The notes beneath the pieces are model-generated. The model made no database searches. It was not told the DNA's origin and saw only the letters and a list, made by a program, of their open reading frames with translations. A DNA stretch of 64,000 nucleotides from an uncultured Erysipelotrichaceae bacterium (GTDB lineage: Bacteria > Bacillota_I > Bacilli_A > Erysipelotrichales > Erysipelotrichaceae), in the NCBI GenBank assembly GCA_944326055.1, contig CALVCT010000021.1:6087-70086 (forward strand), in the 5' to 3' direction. This document shows positions 1 through 9,290 of the stretch, piece after piece. Made by a program: the position numbers and the translations under genes. Positions within the stretch are counted from its first letter, which is position 1. Each line of letters opens with the position of its first letter.

Positions 1-1
1 C

Positions 2-388
2 TATCTAAGACCGAAGTCTAAAGTCGTAGCTGGTCTATTAGGGGCAGGTGATCATATCAAATGTAAGGTCCAAAGACATGAAAAGGACAGTGTCGATGTC
101 ATCGTTGGTGATGATGTACTAGAGTGTCTATCGTTCTGTAAGGGCGATGATGTCGAAGTCTTTTTTAGAGCTGAGGATTGTCATTTCTCTAAAACAGCTG
201 TTGAAAATAGCTTCAAGATCCAAGTCATCATGCCGACCTTTGAGGGTAGTGCCTATCGGATCAAAGCTCGCTCCTTCACAGGTGAAGAGGTCACTTTCTT
301 AAATGATAGTGAGCTCAAGACCGATACTGTCGGTTATCTTCAAGTACCTAAGGATAAACTTTACGCCTATGATGCGCTTAGTGATTAA
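2..388 (+). CDS. 3' end of an ABC-transporter ATPase-like gene (beta-rich C-terminal regulatory/TOBE-like domain); the 5' end is outside the window
   Basis: Frame 2 is open from the window edge to TAA at 386-388 (...FEGSAYRIKARSFTGEEVTFLNDSELKTDTVGYLQVPKDKLYAYDALSD*). It is absent from the ORF track because it has no in-window start. The domain call rests only on resemblance to PotA/MalK-type C-termini. Confidence 0.4.
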   Translation, partial: YLRPKSKVVAGLLGAGDHIKCKVQRHEKDSVDVIVGDDVLECLSFCKGDDVEVFFRAEDCHFSKTAVENSFKIQVIMPTFEGSAYRIKARSFTGEEVTFLNDSELKTDTVGYLQVPKDKLYAYDALSD

Positions 389-1427
389 GGGCGGCTATGG
401 TGAACATGGTAGAAGTTGTTTCATCACTGGATTTGACGATCTCAGGGTGATGTTTGACTGTGGGATATTGGATACTGATCAATACCCGTATCCTACGATC
501 AGCAAAGAAGAAGCCCAGAGCATCGATCTTCTGTTTTTGTCACATGCACATAAAGATCATACAGGCGCTGTCGATCACCTTATAGATCAAGGTTTTAAAG
601 GCCAGATCCTAGCTTCAAAGGAGACCTTGTCCTTCGCTAAGATAGACTACGATAATACGCTCATCTTAAATGGTGAGCCATATCAAAAAGGTGATCTTTT
701 GATCACCTATGGTCCCAGTGGCCATTGTCCTGGTAGTCTTTGGGCCTATCTTAGATATCATGATGCTACTTTCTTCTACTCTGGTGATATGCAGATCGAT
801 CCACTTCTATATGAGATACGCCTACCAAAGATAAAAGCTAAACTGGCGATCATCGATATGGCACATGATGCTGAACTTAGAAGTGCTAAGGAGCTAAGAG
901 CGGATCTGGTGGATCTGATCGCTGAGCACTTAGCTAAAGGTCAAAAGATCATCTTGCCGGTCCAACTTTATGGTCGAGGCAATGAGCTGCTCTATCTTGT
1001 CGCAAGTAGTTTTAAAGGACATAAGATCGCTGTCGATAGACGGATGAAGGAGGCCATGATCTTGATGATGCAAGATCTAAGTTGGCTCAAAGAAGATAAG
1101 AAAGATCATTTCTTAGCTATCTATGATATGGTAAAAGACAATGATCTTTTAAATGCGAACATCATATTTACTGCCGATACTCATCTTGAAAGTAAAGAGA
1201 TACAAGATCTCGTCGCTTCTATAATCGATGATAGGGCGCTTGTGATCGCCACAGGTCGCAAAAAACAAGGTTCATATCTCGCTTCACTACTTGATGAAGA
1301 AAAGGCGATCCATATACCTTACCCCCACCATCAAAGTCGAAGTGACGCCAAGAAGTTCTTTGAGATGAATGAGTTCGATGTGGCCTTGCCTTTTCATGGT
1401 AAGAGAAAAGAAGTCTGGCATCGCTAG
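369..1427 (+). CDS. MBL-fold metallo-hydrolase
   Basis: ORF 303..1427 carries the HxHxDH motif LSHAHKDHTGA and later GHCPGS / YSGDM metal-ligand-like motifs. The likeliest start is ATGATG at 369 (MMRLVIKGGYGEHGR), overlapping the upstream stop. Confidence 0.7.
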   Translation: MMRLVIKGGYGEHGRSCFITGFDDLRVMFDCGILDTDQYPYPTISKEEAQSIDLLFLSHAHKDHTGAVDHLIDQGFKGQILASKETLSFAKIDYDNTLILNGEPYQKGDLLITYGPSGHCPGSLWAYLRYHDATFFYSGDMQIDPLLYEIRLPKIKAKLAIIDMAHDAELRSAKELRADLVDLIAEHLAKGQKIILPVQLYGRGNELLYLVASSFKGHKIAVDRRMKEAMILMMQDLSWLKEDKKDHFLAIYDMVKDNDLLNANIIFTADTHLESKEIQDLVASIIDDRALVIATGRKKQGSYLASLLDEEKAIHIPYPHHQSRSDAKKFFEMNEFDVALPFHGKRKEVWHR

Positions 1428-1472
1428 TCTTCCTATTGATAGATGATCGATCGTCTGTGCTAAAGTAAGGAC

Positions 1473-1748
1473 ATGGATACTTTAAAAGCTATCTTGCCTT
1501 ACTATCTTTTACTTATCGATCTTTTAGCTTTTTGTGTATTAGCCCTAGATAAAAGGGCAGCGATCAAAGGTAAGCCAAGAGCCAGTGAGAAAGGCTTGTT
1601 TATCTTAGCTTGGCTTGGCGGCAGCCTTGGACTACTTTTAGCGATGTATCTATTTCACCATAAGATACGCAAGCCAAAGTTCTATCTAAACATCCCACTT
1701 ATCATCATTATCCAAGCTATCGGCTTATTTTGGTTCTTTAGCGGATGA
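1473..1748 (+). CDS. DUF1294 family small membrane protein
   Basis: 91 aa and hydrophobic. The core KRAAIKGKPRASEKGLFILAWLGGSLGLLLAMYLFHHKIRKPKF is typical of DUF1294. Confidence 0.7.
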   Translation: MDTLKAILPYYLLLIDLLAFCVLALDKRAAIKGKPRASEKGLFILAWLGGSLGLLLAMYLFHHKIRKPKFYLNIPLIIIIQAIGLFWFFSG

Positions 1749-2352
1749 AGTTCGTATAGGCGGTCTTTTCTCTTTCAGGTTTTGGTAGGTCAGCTTGTTT
1801 GAGTGATCTGATAAAGTAGGCCATATTACGGCCAAGGGTACGCATGACCTGCATGCCTTCAAGGTCTTTTCTTACTTCATCGGGCGTATTGCCGAAGATG
1901 ATGTTCCAGTATCTTGAGGTGATGATCGGCATCTGCATCAAAGAAAAGAAACGATCGAGTTCATCACAAGTGAAGGTCGTACCCGCCCGTCGTGCCGAAG
2001 CGATACTGGCCGCGGGCTTAAGATAGAAGATATCACTATCAGCAGCATAGAACACTCGATCCATAAAAGCGATTAGTGAGCCATTGGCGCTACCATAATA
2101 GACAGGGCTACCAAACACGAAGCCATCAGCATCCTTAGCCTTATCGATGAACTCATTGACCTTGTCATCAAAGATGCAACGATGTTCACTGGCGCATCTA
2201 TCACAACCGATGCAGCCTTGCATCGCTCTATTGCCGATCCAGAAGATCTCAGTCTCGATGCCTGCCTCATTCAGAGTCTTACTGACCTCTTGTAAAGCTG
2301 TATCGGTACAACCATGGATATTAGGACTGCCATTGACTAATAATACTTTCAT
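1738..2352 (-). CDS. Flavodoxin-like NAD(P)H-dependent FMN reductase / iron-sulfur flavoprotein family
   Basis: 204 aa with N-terminus MKVLLVNGSP and Cys cluster CIGCDRCASEHRC. A GAGGAGG RBS precedes the ATG on the minus strand. There is an 11-nt convergent overlap with the DUF1294 gene. Confidence 0.7.
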   Translation of the reverse strand: MKVLLVNGSPNIHGCTDTALQEVSKTLNEAGIETEIFWIGNRAMQGCIGCDRCASEHRCIFDDKVNEFIDKAKDADGFVFGSPVYYGSANGSLIAFMDRVFYAADSDIFYLKPAASIASARRAGTTFTCDELDRFFSLMQMPIITSRYWNIIFGNTPDEVRKDLEGMQVMRTLGRNMAYFIRSLKQADLPKPEREKTAYTNFIR

Positions 2353-2400
2353 CTTTTACCTCCTCGTACACTCTCATTATAACGACCCTGTCAACATACC

Positions 2401-3772
2401 TCAGGCTTCATAGACGAAGTTACCATCGACCATTGTGGCGAGGACTTTGGTCTTAAGGATGTCTTTAGGAGCGATGTCAAAGAGATCTTTATCTAGGATG
2501 ACAAGATCAGCGAGATAGCCATCCTTGAGGCGGCCTTTTTTAAGTTCCATGAACTCATCATAAGCACTGCCGATCGTATAGTCGTCGATCGCTTGCGTCA
2601 GCGTTAGAGCTTCCTCTTTATAAAAGCTATCTTGAGGCTCGCCATTTAGGTTCTTTCTGGTGATCGCACAATAGATATTAGCGAAGGGATCAAGGTCTTC
2701 AACAGGTGAGTCGGTGCCTAGAGAGACATGTATGCCTAAGCGATGCATCGAGGCAAAGGCATAGCTGGCGCTCGCAAGTTTTTTTACCGACACGATCTTC
2801 GACGATCGAAGTGTCATAGTGTAAGAAGATCGGTTGGATCTTGGCTAGGATATCTAGGTCAGCCATCCTTTGAAGCAGTGGCTGATCGGTGATCTGGACA
2901 TGGATGATCGCATGCCTTAGGTCATTCAGCTTACCTATGACTTTAGCGTAGCTATCGATGACCATCTCGATACCACCATCACCGATCGCATGAGTTGCGA
3001 CTTGGATCTTATGCGCATCAGCTAACATGACCAGCTCATCGAGCTCATCTTGGGATAGGGTGGCGATACCTGAGGTACTAGGGTCATCATGATAGGGACT
3101 ACGCATCAGGGCCGTCCTTGCCCCCAATGAACCATCGATGAATAGCTTTAAAGGGCCGATCTTATGTAGATCATCACCAACACCGGTATGATATCCTTCT
3201 TTGATGAATTCTTCAAAGGACGCTTTATGCATGAAGTTGCATTGATGATAGACACGAAGGATGGGCAGATCCTTTAAGACCTCTTTATAGTCAGCTAGGG
3301 TCTTTTGCCATGAGCCTTCACGTAGGTCCATGGTCTGAACGCTAGTCAAGCCATGACTTACCGCATGATAGATAGCTTTTCTTAAAGCCAGCTGTCTTTG
3401 CGCTGGGGTCTTTTCTTTGATGATCTTTTTGACCATGGCACAGGCGTTCTCCTTAAGGATGCCCGTAAGCTCGCCAGCTCAATCATGGTCGATCTCACCA
3501 CCTGCGACAGCGATCGTATCCTTAGTGATACCAGCTAAGCTTAGAGCCTTGGAGTTAGCTGTCAGGATATGACCACAGGCCCTTTCCATGATGATGGGGT
3601 ATTCTTTATTGACTTCATCGAGGTCATCTTTGGTGAGTAAGCGACGCTCGTCAGTAAAGTAGTCTTGGTTCCATCCCATACCATGGATGACAGTATCTTT
3701 AGGTAGGTCTTCCTTAGCGATGAAAGCTCTGATCCGCTCTTTGACCTCCTTCTTGCAAAATAAAAGCTGCAT
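2401..3772 (-). pseudogene. Decayed YtcJ-like metal-dependent amidohydrolase (amidohydrolase_3 family), in three pieces and missing its N-terminus
   Basis: ORFs 3479..3772, 2699..3436 and 2401..2817 read as consecutive parts of one amidohydrolase. Pieces 1 and 2 are in frame, separated by TGA at 3479-3481 (GEIDHD*AGELTGILKENACAMVKK). Pieces 2 and 3 change frame at a T7 run at 2779-2785 (A7 on the coding strand). About 90 N-terminal residues, including the HxH metal site, are absent, and TAG lies directly upstream of the first Met. Confidence 0.75.
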
Positions 3773-3804
3773 CTATCGATGCCGCCCATTCAAGATCTAG
3801 GTCA

Positions 3805-3965
3805 CCGATAGCTCCTCTGTCATCAAGACAGGAGTCATAAAGATGTTCTCCTTATGCCCAACTCACTGATGTACCCACCAGTGGTTTCGGCGGTTTGACC
3901 TTTCAGTGTCTTCAACGACTGTCGTCTCCCACACTTACTGATTCGCACCGCGCCTCTATCAACTT
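3805..3965 (-). promoter_or_regulatory. Lysine riboswitch (L-box) aptamer
   Basis: The minus strand reads GATAGAGGCGCGGTGCGAATCAGTAAGTGTGGGAGACGACAGTCGTTGAAGACACTGAAAGGTCAAACCGCCGAAACCACTGGTGGG...CCTGTCTTGATGACAGAGGAGCTATC. The hallmark L-box blocks AGAGGCGC, AGTA, GGGAG, CTGAAAGG, CCGCCGAA and CTGG are present. P1 closes by GATAG/CTATC. Confidence 0.75.
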
Positions 3966-3976
3966 TTACGGGTGCT

Positions 3977-4006
3977 TTTATAGCACGCTAGCTCTATCCT
4001 TGTCTA
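3977..4006 (-). promoter_or_regulatory. Candidate sigma-A promoter for the L-box leader
   Basis: The minus strand has TAGACA, an 18-nt spacer and TATAAA, placing a transcription start a few nt upstream of the aptamer 5' end. Confidence 0.35.
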
Positions 4007-4186
4007 GACCTAAAGAAAAGAAAATGTTTTCATTTAATTGAAAATAAAAGATCTTCACTAATAATCGACACAATAACGAATATATAAAATTTTGAGTTAT
4101 GAAAATATGAAAATATAATTGAAAAATAAATTGTTTTCAGTAAATAGAAACATTTCCAATAAATGTAAAATTTAATGAAATAACTC

Positions 4187-4215
4187 TTGAAATATTTTCT
4201 GTAACTTCTTATAAT
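4187..4215 (+). promoter_or_regulatory. Sigma-A promoter of the peptidase/opp block
   Basis: TTGAAA (4187-4192), a 17-nt spacer and TATAAT (4210-4215), about 29 nt upstream of the M24 start, at the end of a 200-nt AT-rich spacer. Confidence 0.6.
4193..4207. promoter_or_regulatory. CodY-box-like element inside the promoter spacer
   Basis: TATTTTCTGTAACTT matches the CodY consensus AATTTTCWGAAAATT at 12 of 15 positions by hand alignment. Upstream there are further TGAAAAT-type half sites (4100-4140). Confidence 0.3.
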
Positions 4216-4243
4216 GAGCCCATATTTCAAAGGGGGTAGTGTT

Positions 4244-5431
4244 ATGTTCTACAAAGAGAAGCTCAAAGTAGCTAGGGATGCTCTTAAAGCTGAGGGCATC
4301 GATACTTGGATCATCGCCGGTCAAGAATCAGCTACCAACAGTGAACCAGCTCTTACAGTCCTTTGTGATGGTGAGTTCATTGGGCTGACAGCTCTGATCT
4401 TCAATGCGGATGGGACCTCAGCCGCTATCTGCACTCCACTTGATATCAATGGCTATGTCAACTATGGCGTCTTCGATGAAGTCATCGCTTTCCCAGTTTC
4501 CTTTACGGATACGCTGGCGGAATATCTAAAGAAAAAGGCACCTAAGAAGATTGCCTTAGACTACTCTTTAGAGAATCCAAGTGCTGATGGCCTATCAGTC
4601 GGCATGTATGAGACTTTAAAAGAAGCTTTTAAAAAAGCTGATATCGATGCCAAGATCGTCTCAGCGGAAAATGTCGTCACGAAAGTGCGCGGCATCAAGA
4701 CCGAGGTCGAACTTGAAAAGATCGCTATTGCTTGTGCTAAAGCCGAAGAGATCTTCAACGATGCCAAGAGCTTCATCAAAGTCGGTATGAATTGTAAAGA
4801 TGTCTATGCTTTCTTTCAAAAAGAGACGGAAAGAAGAGGCTATGGCTACTCTTGGCCGAAGTCTTGCAATCCTGGTGTCTTCTCCGGTGCTGATTGTCCT
4901 GGTGGTCATATGGGTGCTCCGGACTTCCCTATCTCCTATGGTGATGTCGTGAATATCGACTTCGGTATCATGGTCGATGGCTACAGTTGCGACCTGCAAC
5001 GGATGTATTACATCCTAAGACCAGAAGAGACAAGTGCTCCCGAAGACATCGTTGAAGCCTTCAATGTCGTCCGTGATGGTATAAAGCTTGCCGCAAAAGC
5101 ACTAAAGCCGGGCGTCACAGGACTTGAAGTCGACACTGTCGCCCGTGACTATATCACATCAAAAGGTTTCCCATCTTGGAATGCTGCGCTAGGTCATCAA
5201 CTGGGTAGGGTAGCACATGATGGTGGACCACTACTTGGACCTGCTAAACCACGTTATGATAAAGATGAACTTATCCGGGTACCCTTAGATAAAGACATGG
5301 TCTTCACCTTGGAACCTGGTGTCCCCACGAGAGCTGGACGGATCGGTCTTGAAGAAGATGTCGTCGTCAAAGAAGATGGTGCACACTTCCTCACACCGCC
5401 ACAGATGGAACTTTACCTCATCAGGAGCTAG
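4244..5431 (+). CDS. M24 family metallopeptidase (Xaa-Pro peptidase/creatinase fold), paralog 1
   Basis: ORF 4214..5431, with the start moved to ATG 4244 behind AAGGGGG. Pita-bread ligand pattern: DFGIMVDGYSCDLQR, GHQLGRVAHDG, FTLEPG, GLEEDVVV. Confidence 0.85.
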   Translation: MFYKEKLKVARDALKAEGIDTWIIAGQESATNSEPALTVLCDGEFIGLTALIFNADGTSAAICTPLDINGYVNYGVFDEVIAFPVSFTDTLAEYLKKKAPKKIALDYSLENPSADGLSVGMYETLKEAFKKADIDAKIVSAENVVTKVRGIKTEVELEKIAIACAKAEEIFNDAKSFIKVGMNCKDVYAFFQKETERRGYGYSWPKSCNPGVFSGADCPGGHMGAPDFPISYGDVVNIDFGIMVDGYSCDLQRMYYILRPEETSAPEDIVEAFNVVRDGIKLAAKALKPGVTGLEVDTVARDYITSKGFPSWNAALGHQLGRVAHDGGPLLGPAKPRYDKDELIRVPLDKDMVFTLEPGVPTRAGRIGLEEDVVVKEDGAHFLTPPQMELYLIRS

Positions 5432-5434
5432 CTT

Positions 5435-6358
5435 ATGATCAAGTACATCATTAAAAGATTATTAGTTGGCGCCTTGACGCTCTTCATCCTTATGACTGTG
5501 ACCTTCTTTGCGGTCAGAGCCATCCCAGGTAACCCCTTTGCCCAAGATAGTCGGGGACTATCACCTGAGGCTTACGCCGCTCTTGAACATAAATATGGTC
5601 TAGATAAGCCCGTCACGGAACAGTATGTCATCTTCTTACAGAATGCGATCAAATTGGAGTTTGGTGAATCGATCGCTAAGAAAGGTCAACAGGTCATCGA
5701 CATCATCGCTGATCGGGCGCCCGTCACTTTCAAACTCGGCGTCGTCGCCTTTGTGATCTCGGTCGTCTTTGGTATCGCGCTCGGTGTCATCAGTGCCCTG
5801 ACGAAAAAACGTTGGGTCAACAGTCTGATCACGACCTTTGCGACCTTAGGTGTCTCGATACCGAGCTTCCTATTTGCCATCATCACCATGTATCTCTTTG
5901 GTGTCAAATTCAAACTAGTACCGCTGATGGGCCTTGATTCATGGCAAAACTATATCTTACCAGCCTTCGCTCTAGCTTTGAGCCCGATCTCCATGATCAC
6001 CAGGCTGACCCGCAGTTCCCTCAAAGATGTCATGAACAAGGACTACATCACCCTAGCTCGATCAAAAGGTACCGGTGAGCTCAAAGTCATCTTGAAACAT
6101 GGTCTCAAGAATGCGATGTTGCCGATCGTCACTTACTGTGGGCCGATGTTTGCGGGACTAGTCACTGGATCACTGGTCATCGAAAGGTTATTTACGATAC
6201 CAGGTATCGGTGCCGAGTTCACCAACAGTATAACTAACCGTGATTACACGCTTGTCATGGGGCTTACGATCTTCCTTGGCCTCATCGTCATCATCATGAC
6301 GATCGTCTCGGATATCGTTGCCGCTCTGATCGATCCGCGGATCAAACTTGGAAAGTAG
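5435..6358 (+). CDS. oppB: Oligopeptide/dipeptide ABC transporter permease
   Basis: 307 aa, polytopic, with permease loop LARSKGTGELKVILKHGLKNAMLPIVT. First of five contiguous opp-type genes. Confidence 0.9.
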   Translation: MIKYIIKRLLVGALTLFILMTVTFFAVRAIPGNPFAQDSRGLSPEAYAALEHKYGLDKPVTEQYVIFLQNAIKLEFGESIAKKGQQVIDIIADRAPVTFKLGVVAFVISVVFGIALGVISALTKKRWVNSLITTFATLGVSIPSFLFAIITMYLFGVKFKLVPLMGLDSWQNYILPAFALALSPISMITRLTRSSLKDVMNKDYITLARSKGTGELKVILKHGLKNAMLPIVTYCGPMFAGLVTGSLVIERLFTIPGIGAEFTNSITNRDYTLVMGLTIFLGLIVIIMTIVSDIVAALIDPRIKLGK

Positions 6359-6367
6359 GTGAGACAT

Positions 6368-7291
6368 ATGACTGATAAGAATGTGATATTGACAGACGAT
6401 ATGTTCGAACTCCTCGATGATAGCGAGAAGAATTCCGAGTTCATCGCGATCGAGAGCAAGACTTTCTTTAGAGACACTTGGGACCGCTTCAAGAAGAACA
6501 AGTTAGCTTTATTTGGTCTGATCTTCTTAGTCTTGATGGTCCTTGGTGCGATCTTCGTGCCGATGTTCTCGAAGTATGGCTACACTACCCAGAACATGCA
6601 GCTTCGCAATGCCTTACCTTCCTTAGAACATCCCTTCGGTACGGACGGCTTAGGCCAAGATATCTTGGTCAGAGTCATGTACGGTGCGCGCATCTCCTTG
6701 TCGATCGGTTTTGTCTCTGCCCTGATCAATCTGGTCATCGGTGTCATCTATGGTGGCATCGCTGGCTACCTTGGAGGCAAGGTCGACATGGTCCTGATGC
6801 GGATCATCGACATCATCTATTCGGTCCCAAGTGTCCTATACACTTTGCTGATCCTCATGGTCTTTGGCAACAACATCTTCTCGATGATCGTCGCGATCTC
6901 GATCACCTCTTGGATCCAGATGGCAAGGCAAGTAAGGACACAAGTCATGTCCTTAAAAGAGATGGAGTTTGCGATGGCAGCTAAAGTACTAGGTGCTGGC
7001 CATATGCGGATCTTACTAAAACACTTGGTCGTCAATGCTTTAGGGCCGATCATTGTCTGTTTGACGATGATGGTGCCAAATGCGATCTTTACGGAAGCCT
7101 TCCTATCGATGTTAGGTATCGGCCTTGATCCATTGATCCCAAGTTGGGGCGCCCTCGCTAACGATTGCCGCCAATTGTTGTTTACATATCCGATCCAGAT
7201 CATCTGGCCGATCGCCGCTATCTGTTTAACGATCCTTTCCTTGAATTTCATCGGTGATGGCTTAGGTGAAGCACTTGAAGCTAAAAGGTAG
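6368..7291 (+). CDS. oppC: Oligopeptide/dipeptide ABC transporter permease
   Basis: ORF 6359..7291. ATG 6368 follows an AGGTGA RBS. Loop AAKVLGAGHMRILLKHLVVNALGPIIV. Confidence 0.9.
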   Translation: MTDKNVILTDDMFELLDDSEKNSEFIAIESKTFFRDTWDRFKKNKLALFGLIFLVLMVLGAIFVPMFSKYGYTTQNMQLRNALPSLEHPFGTDGLGQDILVRVMYGARISLSIGFVSALINLVIGVIYGGIAGYLGGKVDMVLMRIIDIIYSVPSVLYTLLILMVFGNNIFSMIVAISITSWIQMARQVRTQVMSLKEMEFAMAAKVLGAGHMRILLKHLVVNALGPIIVCLTMMVPNAIFTEAFLSMLGIGLDPLIPSWGALANDCRQLLFTYPIQIIWPIAAICLTILSLNFIGDGLGEALEAKR

Positions 7292-7300
7292 GTGATAAAG

Positions 7301-8299
7301 ATGTCTCTATTAGAAGTAAAAGATCTAAAAACGACGTTCAAGACCGGACAGGGGATCGTCCAAGCTGTCCGTGATGTCTCTTTTAGCCTCGATGAAGGTG
7401 AGGTATTAGGCATCGTTGGAGAGTCGGGCTCTGGTAAGAGCCAGACGATGTATTCGATCATCGGTCTATTGGCCGAAAATGGTCAGATCGATAGTGGTTC
7501 CATCATCTTTGATGGTGAAGATATCTCAAGATCGTCATTCAAAGATAAGAAGAGCTATGAAGCCAAGATGTCAAAGATCCGAGGCAACACGATGTCGATG
7601 ATCTTCCAAGATCCGATGACCTTCCTCAATCCGGTCTTAAAGATCGAGACCCAACTTATCGAGCCTCTTTTGAACCACACGAAGATGTCCAAAAAGGAAG
7701 CTCGTGCTAAAGCTCTTGACCTGATGCGCCTTGTCGGCATCCCATCGCCCGAAAAGCGTATCAAACAATATCCATTTGAGTTCTCTGGTGGTATGCGTCA
7801 GCGTATAGTCATCGCGATCGCCTTAGCGATGCGTCCAAAACTCATCATCGCCGATGAGCCAACGACAGCCCTCGATGTAACGATCCAAGCCCAAGTCCTC
7901 GAGCTGATCGAAGAGCTCAAGAACACCAGTGATTCCGCGATCATCATGATCACACATGACCTCGGTGTCGTCGCTAAGCTCTGTGATCGGATCGCCATCA
8001 TGTATGGTGGTAAGATCGTCGAGATCGGTACTGATAAAGAGATCTTCTATGAGCCCAAGCATCCTTACACCTTAGGACTTCTAAGTTGTATCGCTAATCC
8101 AGAAGATGATAGTGACAAAGATCTTACGCCAATCCCTGGCTCACCACCGGATCTTTTAGATCCACCAAAGGGCTGTCCCTTTGTCGATCGGTGTGCCAAG
8201 GCGATGAAGGTCTGTAAGAACTATGGACCAGAATTCAAAGATTTCAGTCCGACCCACCGCTGTGCGTGTTGGCTGAACGACGAAAGGGCGGTGAGATGA
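7301..8299 (+). CDS. oppD: Oligopeptide ABC transporter ATP-binding protein
   Basis: Walker A GESGSGKS, signature FSGGMRQR, Walker B LIIADEPTTALD. C-terminal oligopeptide-type extension HPYTLGLL...PKGCPFVDRC. Confidence 0.9.
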   Translation: MSLLEVKDLKTTFKTGQGIVQAVRDVSFSLDEGEVLGIVGESGSGKSQTMYSIIGLLAENGQIDSGSIIFDGEDISRSSFKDKKSYEAKMSKIRGNTMSMIFQDPMTFLNPVLKIETQLIEPLLNHTKMSKKEARAKALDLMRLVGIPSPEKRIKQYPFEFSGGMRQRIVIAIALAMRPKLIIADEPTTALDVTIQAQVLELIEELKNTSDSAIIMITHDLGVVAKLCDRIAIMYGGKIVEIGTDKEIFYEPKHPYTLGLLSCIANPEDDSDKDLTPIPGSPPDLLDPPKGCPFVDRCAKAMKVCKNYGPEFKDFSPTHRCACWLNDERAVR

Positions 8300-9276
8300 T
8301 GAGTACAGAAGCATTACTTAAAGTCAAAGATCTGAAGACCTATTTCGATGTGACTAAAGGCTTATTTTCACCAAAACAGATCGTTAAAGCGGTCGATGGT
8401 GTAAGCTTTGAGGTCAAGGAGAATGAGACGTTTGGTTTAGTAGGTGAGTCCGGTTGTGGTAAATCGACACTTGGCCGAACGATCGTCAAGTTGTATGAGC
8501 CGGAAAGTGGTGAGATCGACTTCAACGGTCAAAGCATCGCCACCATCAAAGGCAAGGCTCTTAAAAACTACCACAAAGAGATGCAGATGATCTTCCAAGA
8601 TCCCTATGCTTCACTAGATCCTAGGATGACAGTTGGTGAGATCATCAAAGAGCCGATGATCATCCACAAGATCTATGATTCAGACAAAGAAAGGGAGGAA
8701 AGGGTCGTCGAACTGCTTAAGATCGTCGGTCTAAAACCTGACCACATCAGACGTTATCCCGCGGAGTTCTCTGGTGGGCAAAGACAGAGGATCGGGATCG
8801 CTAGAGCCTTAGCGGTCGATCCGAAGTTCATCGTTTGCGATGAACCGATCAGTGCCCTCGACGTCTCGATCCAAGCCCAAGTCATCAATTTACTTAAGAA
8901 TATCCAAAAAGAGATGGGGCTCTCTTATATCTTCATCGCTCACGATCTGAGCATGGTCAAACACATCTCCGATAAGATCGGTGTCATGTATCTTGGCTCG
9001 ATGATGGAGATCGGTCCCAGCAACGATGTCTATCATCGTCCCTTGCATCCTTACACTGTCGCTCTCTTGTCGGCTATCCCGATCCCCGATCCCGAAGTCG
9101 CCAAGAAGAAACAAAGGATCATCTTACAAGGTGAGATACCTTCACCTATCAATTCACCAAAGGGCTGTGCCTTCTGCACTCGTTGCCAACAAGCTACCGA
9201 GCGCTGTCGAAGTGAAAGGCCTAAGCCGATCAAAGTCGGTGAACGATATGTGTCGTGTTTCTTATATGAAAAATAA
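8296..9276 (+). CDS. oppF: Oligopeptide ABC transporter ATP-binding protein
   Basis: Motifs [29 protein letters not shown] and HPYTVALL...[13 protein letters not shown] 8296 overlaps the oppD stop (ATGA). Confidence 0.9.
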   Translation: MMSTEALLKVKDLKTYFDVTKGLFSPKQIVKAVDGVSFEVKENETFGLVGESGCGKSTLGRTIVKLYEPESGEIDFNGQSIATIKGKALKNYHKEMQMIFQDPYASLDPRMTVGEIIKEPMIIHKIYDSDKEREERVVELLKIVGLKPDHIRRYPAEFSGGQRQRIGIARALAVDPKFIVCDEPISALDVSIQAQVINLLKNIQKEMGLSYIFIAHDLSMVKHISDKIGVMYLGSMMEIGPSNDVYHRPLHPYTVALLSAIPIPDPEVAKKKQRIILQGEIPSPINSPKGCAFCTRCQQATERCRSERPKPIKVGERYVSCFLYEK

Positions 9277-9290
9277 GGAGGAGAAAGAAT

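Noticed and set aside
3479-3481. In-frame TGA in the amidohydrolase as evidence for TGA=Trp (Mollicutes code 4) or selenocysteine
   Set aside because: TGA clearly terminates oppD, the S9 peptidase gene, pepD, recG, rnc, cdd and others at family-typical lengths. Trp is encoded by TGG throughout. The same gene carries two other disabling lesions, and no SECIS-like hairpin is evident.
4030-4230. 66-aa minus-strand ORF (MKYGLIIRSYRKYFKSYFIKFYIYWK...)
   Set aside because: It lies wholly in the AT-rich promoter spacer, has a low-complexity K/Y/F/I composition and no RBS. It is an artefact of AT-rich DNA lacking stops.
6478-7461. Long alternative-frame and antisense ORFs over oppC/oppD (6478..6984, 168 aa on plus; 6817..7461, 214 aa on minus)
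   Set aside because: They overlap ORFs with unmistakable ABC permease and ATPase motifs. Their translations are R/H/S/P-rich with no recognisable fold or RBS. Open antisense frames are expected in this GC-richer, codon-biased segment.
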